NCBI GenBank assembly: GCA_038203565.1
Contig: JBBRDV010000021.1
Location: 1-20,564 of the forward strand
DNA: 20,564 bases
DNA from: Atribacterota bacterium
GTDB taxonomy: Bacteria > Atribacterota > Phoenicimicrobiia > Phoenicimicrobiales > Phoenicimicrobiaceae
Direction: 5' to 3'
Shown here piece after piece: positions 17,337-20,564 of this stretch. Below the pieces are notes generated by a model, which saw only the letters and a program-made list of their open reading frames with translations, searched no databases and was not told the DNA's origin. Positions within the stretch are counted from its first letter, which is position 1; each line of letters opens with the position of its first letter. A program made the translations under genes and the position numbers.

Positions 17337-19010
17337 ATGAGATTAACTGGAGCACAAATAGTAGTAGAATGCTTAAAAAAGGAAGATGTAAAAGTAATAT
17401 TTGGCATCCCAGGTGGGGTAATAATGCCTTTATATGATGTACTCTATAGTGAAACTTCTATAAAACACATACTTACCAGGCACGAACAGGGAGCAGCTCA
17501 TGCTGCTGACGGGTATGCCCGGGCTACTGGTAAAGTAGGTGTTTGCGTGGCTACTTCCGGACCGGGAGCTACTAATTTGGTAACCGGTTTGGCTAATGCC
17601 TACCTTGATTCTATTCCTTTGGTAGCATTTACCGGTCAGGTGCCTACTAATTTAATTGGAACCGATGCTTTTCAAGAAGTAGATATCTGCGGTATTACCT
17701 TACCAATTACAAAAAATAATTATGTAGTAAGAGATGTAAAAGATTTGGCCAGGATTGTACAAGAAGCTTTTTATATTGCTCGAACAGGAAGACCCGGGCC
17801 AGTGTTAATAGATTTTCCCAAAGATATCCAATTAGCGCAGACCGAATTTGAATATCCTAAAAAGATTTGTTTAAATGGGTATAAGCCAACTTTTAGTGGA
17901 AATGTTAAACAAATTAAAGCAGCAGTACAAGCAATAAAAAATGCAAAAAAGCCGGTTATCTATGCAGGAGGAGGAGTAATTTCATCTAATGCTTCTTCGG
18001 AATTAAGAGATTTGGTTCTTAAAACTAATATCCCGGTTACTACTACTTTAATGGGTTTAGGCTCTTTTCCCGAAACTCACTCTCTATCCTTGGGAATGTT
18101 GGGAATGCATGGCACTCCTTACGCAAATTATGCTATGAGTGATGCTGATTTAATTATTGCTTTAGGAGTAAGATTTGATGATCGAATTACCGGAAAATTA
18201 GATGAGTTTGGTTCAAATGCTAAAGTAATCCATATTGATATCGATCCAGCAGAGGTAGGTAAAAATGTCTTGGTAGATATCCCTATTATAGGTGATGTTA
18301 AGGATATATTAGAAAAATTAAATAAATATATTCTCAAAAAGAAGGAAACAGAGTGGTTAGAAAAAATAAAAGATTGGAAAAGAAAATATCCTCTAAAATA
18401 TTGTAAAAATAACGGAGAATTAAAACCACAATATATTATGGAGGCAATTAATAAAATTACTAAAGTAGGGACAGTAATAGTTACCGATGTAGGGCAGCAC
18501 CAGATGTGGGCTGCCCAGTATTACCAATATAATGAACCTCGAACTTTTATTTCTTCAGGAGGTTTGGGAACAATGGGATATGGCCTCCCTGCTGCTATTG
18601 GAGCAAAGATGGGTTGTCCTGAAAAAAGAGTGATTTGCATTTCAGGAGATGGCAGTTTTCAAATGAACTTACAAGAAATAGCAACTGCCATCAATAATAA
18701 TTTAGCTATTACAGTGATTATTATGAATAATGGTTATTTAGGAATGGTAAGACAATGGCAGGAATTTTTTTTTAATAAAAGATATGCGGAAACTACTTTA
18801 AATGGCAATCCTGATTTTGTAAAGTTAGTTGAAGCTTATGGAGGAACGGGAATAAGAGTGAATAAAAAACAAGAATTATACCCTGCTTTAGAAAAAGCCC
18901 TTTCCTTAGATAAATTTGTTTTAATTGATTGTCTTATTCCCAAAGAAGAAAATGTATTTCCTATGGTGGCTCCAGGCTCACCTATATCTAAAATGATAGG
19001 AGTTGAATAA
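17337..19010 (+). CDS. ilvB: Acetolactate synthase large subunit, biosynthetic type
   Basis: FGIPGG, RHEQGAAHAADGYAR, ATSGPGATN, DAFQE, RFDDR, DVGQHQMW, TPP motif GDGSFQMN...NN and LGMVRQWQ. Alternative ATG at 17328. Confidence 0.97.
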   Translation: MRLTGAQIVVECLKKEDVKVIFGIPGGVIMPLYDVLYSETSIKHILTRHEQGAAHAADGYARATGKVGVCVATSGPGATNLVTGLANAYLDSIPLVAFTGQVPTNLIGTDAFQEVDICGITLPITKNNYVVRDVKDLARIVQEAFYIARTGRPGPVLIDFPKDIQLAQTEFEYPKKICLNGYKPTFSGNVKQIKAAVQAIKNAKKPVIYAGGGVISSNASSELRDLVLKTNIPVTTTLMGLGSFPETHSLSLGMLGMHGTPYANYAMSDADLIIALGVRFDDRITGKLDEFGSNAKVIHIDIDPAEVGKNVLVDIPIIGDVKDILEKLNKYILKKKETEWLEKIKDWKRKYPLKYCKNNGELKPQYIMEAINKITKVGTVIVTDVGQHQMWAAQYYQYNEPRTFISSGGLGTMGYGLPAAIGAKMGCPEKRVICISGDGSFQMNLQEIATAINNNLAITVIIMNNGYLGMVRQWQEFFFNKRYAETTLNGNPDFVKLVEAYGGTGIRVNKKQELYPALEKALSLDKFVLIDCLIPKEENVFPMVAPGSPISKMIGVE

Positions 19011-19012
19011 TA

Positions 19013-19516
19013 ATGAGGCATACTATAGCAGTTTTAGTAAAAGATCATCCCGGTATCTTGGCGAGAGTGGCAAGCTTATTTACCCGTCGAGGTTTTAATA
19101 TTGAGAGTCTGGCGGTTGGTCATACCGAAGAAACTGATATTTCCAGGATGACTATTGTAGTCAAAGGAGATGAACGGGTTTTGGAACAAATAACTAAACA
19201 GTTAAATAAATTAATTGATGTGATTAGAGTTAAAGATATTTCTCCTCAAAATTCAGTTGAAAGAGAATTAGCTTTAATCAAAGTAAATACTAATTCCTTA
19301 CCCGCCCGCTCGGAGATAATTCAAACGGTAGATATTTTTAGAGCGAATATAATTGATGTAAATAGTCAGATAATGACTATTGAAACTACCGGTACAGAGG
19401 ATAAGATTAATGCCCTGATCGAACTATTACGTCCTTTTGGCTTAAAAGAGGTTGTTCGGACCGGAAAAATTGCCCTATCTAGGGGGAGCGTTACTTCTTC
19501 TGGGTTAAAAAAATAA
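19013..19516 (+). CDS. ilvN: Acetolactate synthase small (regulatory) subunit
   Basis: ACT domain PGILARVASLFTRRGFNIESLAVG, EQITKQLNKLIDV, ERELALIKV and EVVRTG. Confidence 0.97.
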   Translation: MRHTIAVLVKDHPGILARVASLFTRRGFNIESLAVGHTEETDISRMTIVVKGDERVLEQITKQLNKLIDVIRVKDISPQNSVERELALIKVNTNSLPARSEIIQTVDIFRANIIDVNSQIMTIETTGTEDKINALIELLRPFGLKEVVRTGKIALSRGSVTSSGLKK

Positions 19517-19634
19517 GCCGAATAAATATTTTATAAGTATAAATAGATCGATGAAAGATAATAAGAGCAATACTTAAAACTAATTGGTTTTAAGGGTTAG
19601 ATAAAAAGCCAAAATAAAAAGGAGGATTAGAAAA

Positions 19635-20564
19635 ATGGCTAAGATTTATTATGACAAGGATGTAAAAAAAGAATATTTAGAAGGAAAAATGGTCGCTGTA
19701 ATTGGCTATGGAAGTCAGGGAAGGGCGCAAGCTCTCAACTTGCACGATAGCGGAGTGAAAGTAGTAGTGGGTTTACGAGAAGGCAGTAAATCGTTTAATT
19801 CAGTAGAAAAAGATGCATTAAAAGCGATGACTATTTTTGAGGCAACTAAGATAGCCGATGTTATTCAAATGTTGATTCCGGATGAAGTTCAGGCTAAAGT
19901 CTATTACCAAGAAGGAATTGCTAAGAATTTACAGGAAGGTAATGTCTTAATGTTTTCTCATGGATTTAATATCCACTTTGGTCAGATTATTCCTCCTAAT
20001 AATGTGGATGTAGTTATGATTGCACCTAAGAGCCCGGGTCAATTAGTGCGGGAGATGTATGTTCAGGGTAAAGGTGTTCCTAATTTGATAGCTGTGTATC
20101 AGGATTATTCAGGTAAAGCTAAAGAAATTGGGTTAGCCTATTCCCAGGCAATAGGGGGAACTCGGGCAGGGACGATAGAGACCACCTTTAAGGAAGAGAC
20201 CGAAACTGATTTGTTTGGTGAGCAAGTAATTCTTTGTGGAGGAGTTACCTCCTTGATTCAAGCTGCTTTTGATACTTTAATAGAAGCTGGATATCAACCA
20301 GAGATTGCTTATTTTGAATGTCTTCACGAATTAAAATTAATAGTGGATTTAATCTACAAAGGTGGAATTACTCTTATGAGAGATTGTGTTAGTAATACTG
20401 CTGAATATGGAGATTTAAAGGTGGGAAAGAGAATTATAACTGAAGAAACAAGAAAGGAAATGAAAAAAGTATTGGCAGAAATACAAAACGGAGAGTTTGC
20501 CAAAGATTGGCTTATCGAAAATCAGGTGGGGAGACCTTACTTTAGAGCAATGCGCAATAAAGAA
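19635..20564 (+). CDS. ilvC: Ketol-acid reductoisomerase (3' end beyond the window)
   Basis: Not in the supplied ORF track because it has no stop codon in the window. ATG 19635 follows AGGAGG and translates [96 protein letters not shown]. Confidence 0.97.
   Translation, partial: MAKIYYDKDVKKEYLEGKMVAVIGYGSQGRAQALNLHDSGVKVVVGLREGSKSFNSVEKDALKAMTIFEATKIADVIQMLIPDEVQAKVYYQEGIAKNLQEGNVLMFSHGFNIHFGQIIPPNNVDVVMIAPKSPGQLVREMYVQGKGVPNLIAVYQDYSGKAKEIGLAYSQAIGGTRAGTIETTFKEETETDLFGEQVILCGGVTSLIQAAFDTLIEAGYQPEIAYFECLHELKLIVDLIYKGGITLMRDCVSNTAEYGDLKVGKRIITEETRKEMKKVLAEIQNGEFAKDWLIENQVGRPYFRAMRNKE

Noticed and set aside
111..19021. Short minus-strand ORFs in the ORF track (e.g. 6280-6603, 10364-10645, 15554-15820, 17225-17407)
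   Set aside because: They lie antisense to well-supported genes or leaders and show no recognisable motifs, so they are treated as shadow ORFs.

Overview
AT-rich bacterial chromosomal window of amino-acid biosynthesis genes, all on the + strand. Gene order: hisH-hisA-hisF-hisIE plus a YerC/TrpR-like regulator; class V aminotransferase, serA and DUF1015; a stand-alone homocysteine S-methyltransferase; a GAF-ANTAR protein; glutamate dehydrogenase, Re-citrate synthase, aconitase and isocitrate dehydrogenase; ilvD; ilvB-ilvN-ilvC (ilvC runs off the window). The most interesting signal is non-coding. A ykkC-family (probably ppGpp) riboswitch with an overlapping terminator (7764-7912) controls the GAF-ANTAR antiterminator. 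Just downstream, three ANTAR-type hexaloop hairpins overlap a terminator (8822-8924) in front of a complete acetyl-CoA/oxaloacetate-to-glutamate gene set. This looks like a two-tier RNA cascade: riboswitch, then RNA-binding antiterminator, then operon. A second, related ykkC/ppGpp aptamer lies in tandem behind a Leu T-box upstream of ilvBNC. There are also REP-like palindromes, a heptamer microsatellite and a 17-aa tandem duplication at the GDH N-terminus. All calls come from reading the sequence by eye; no searches were run.
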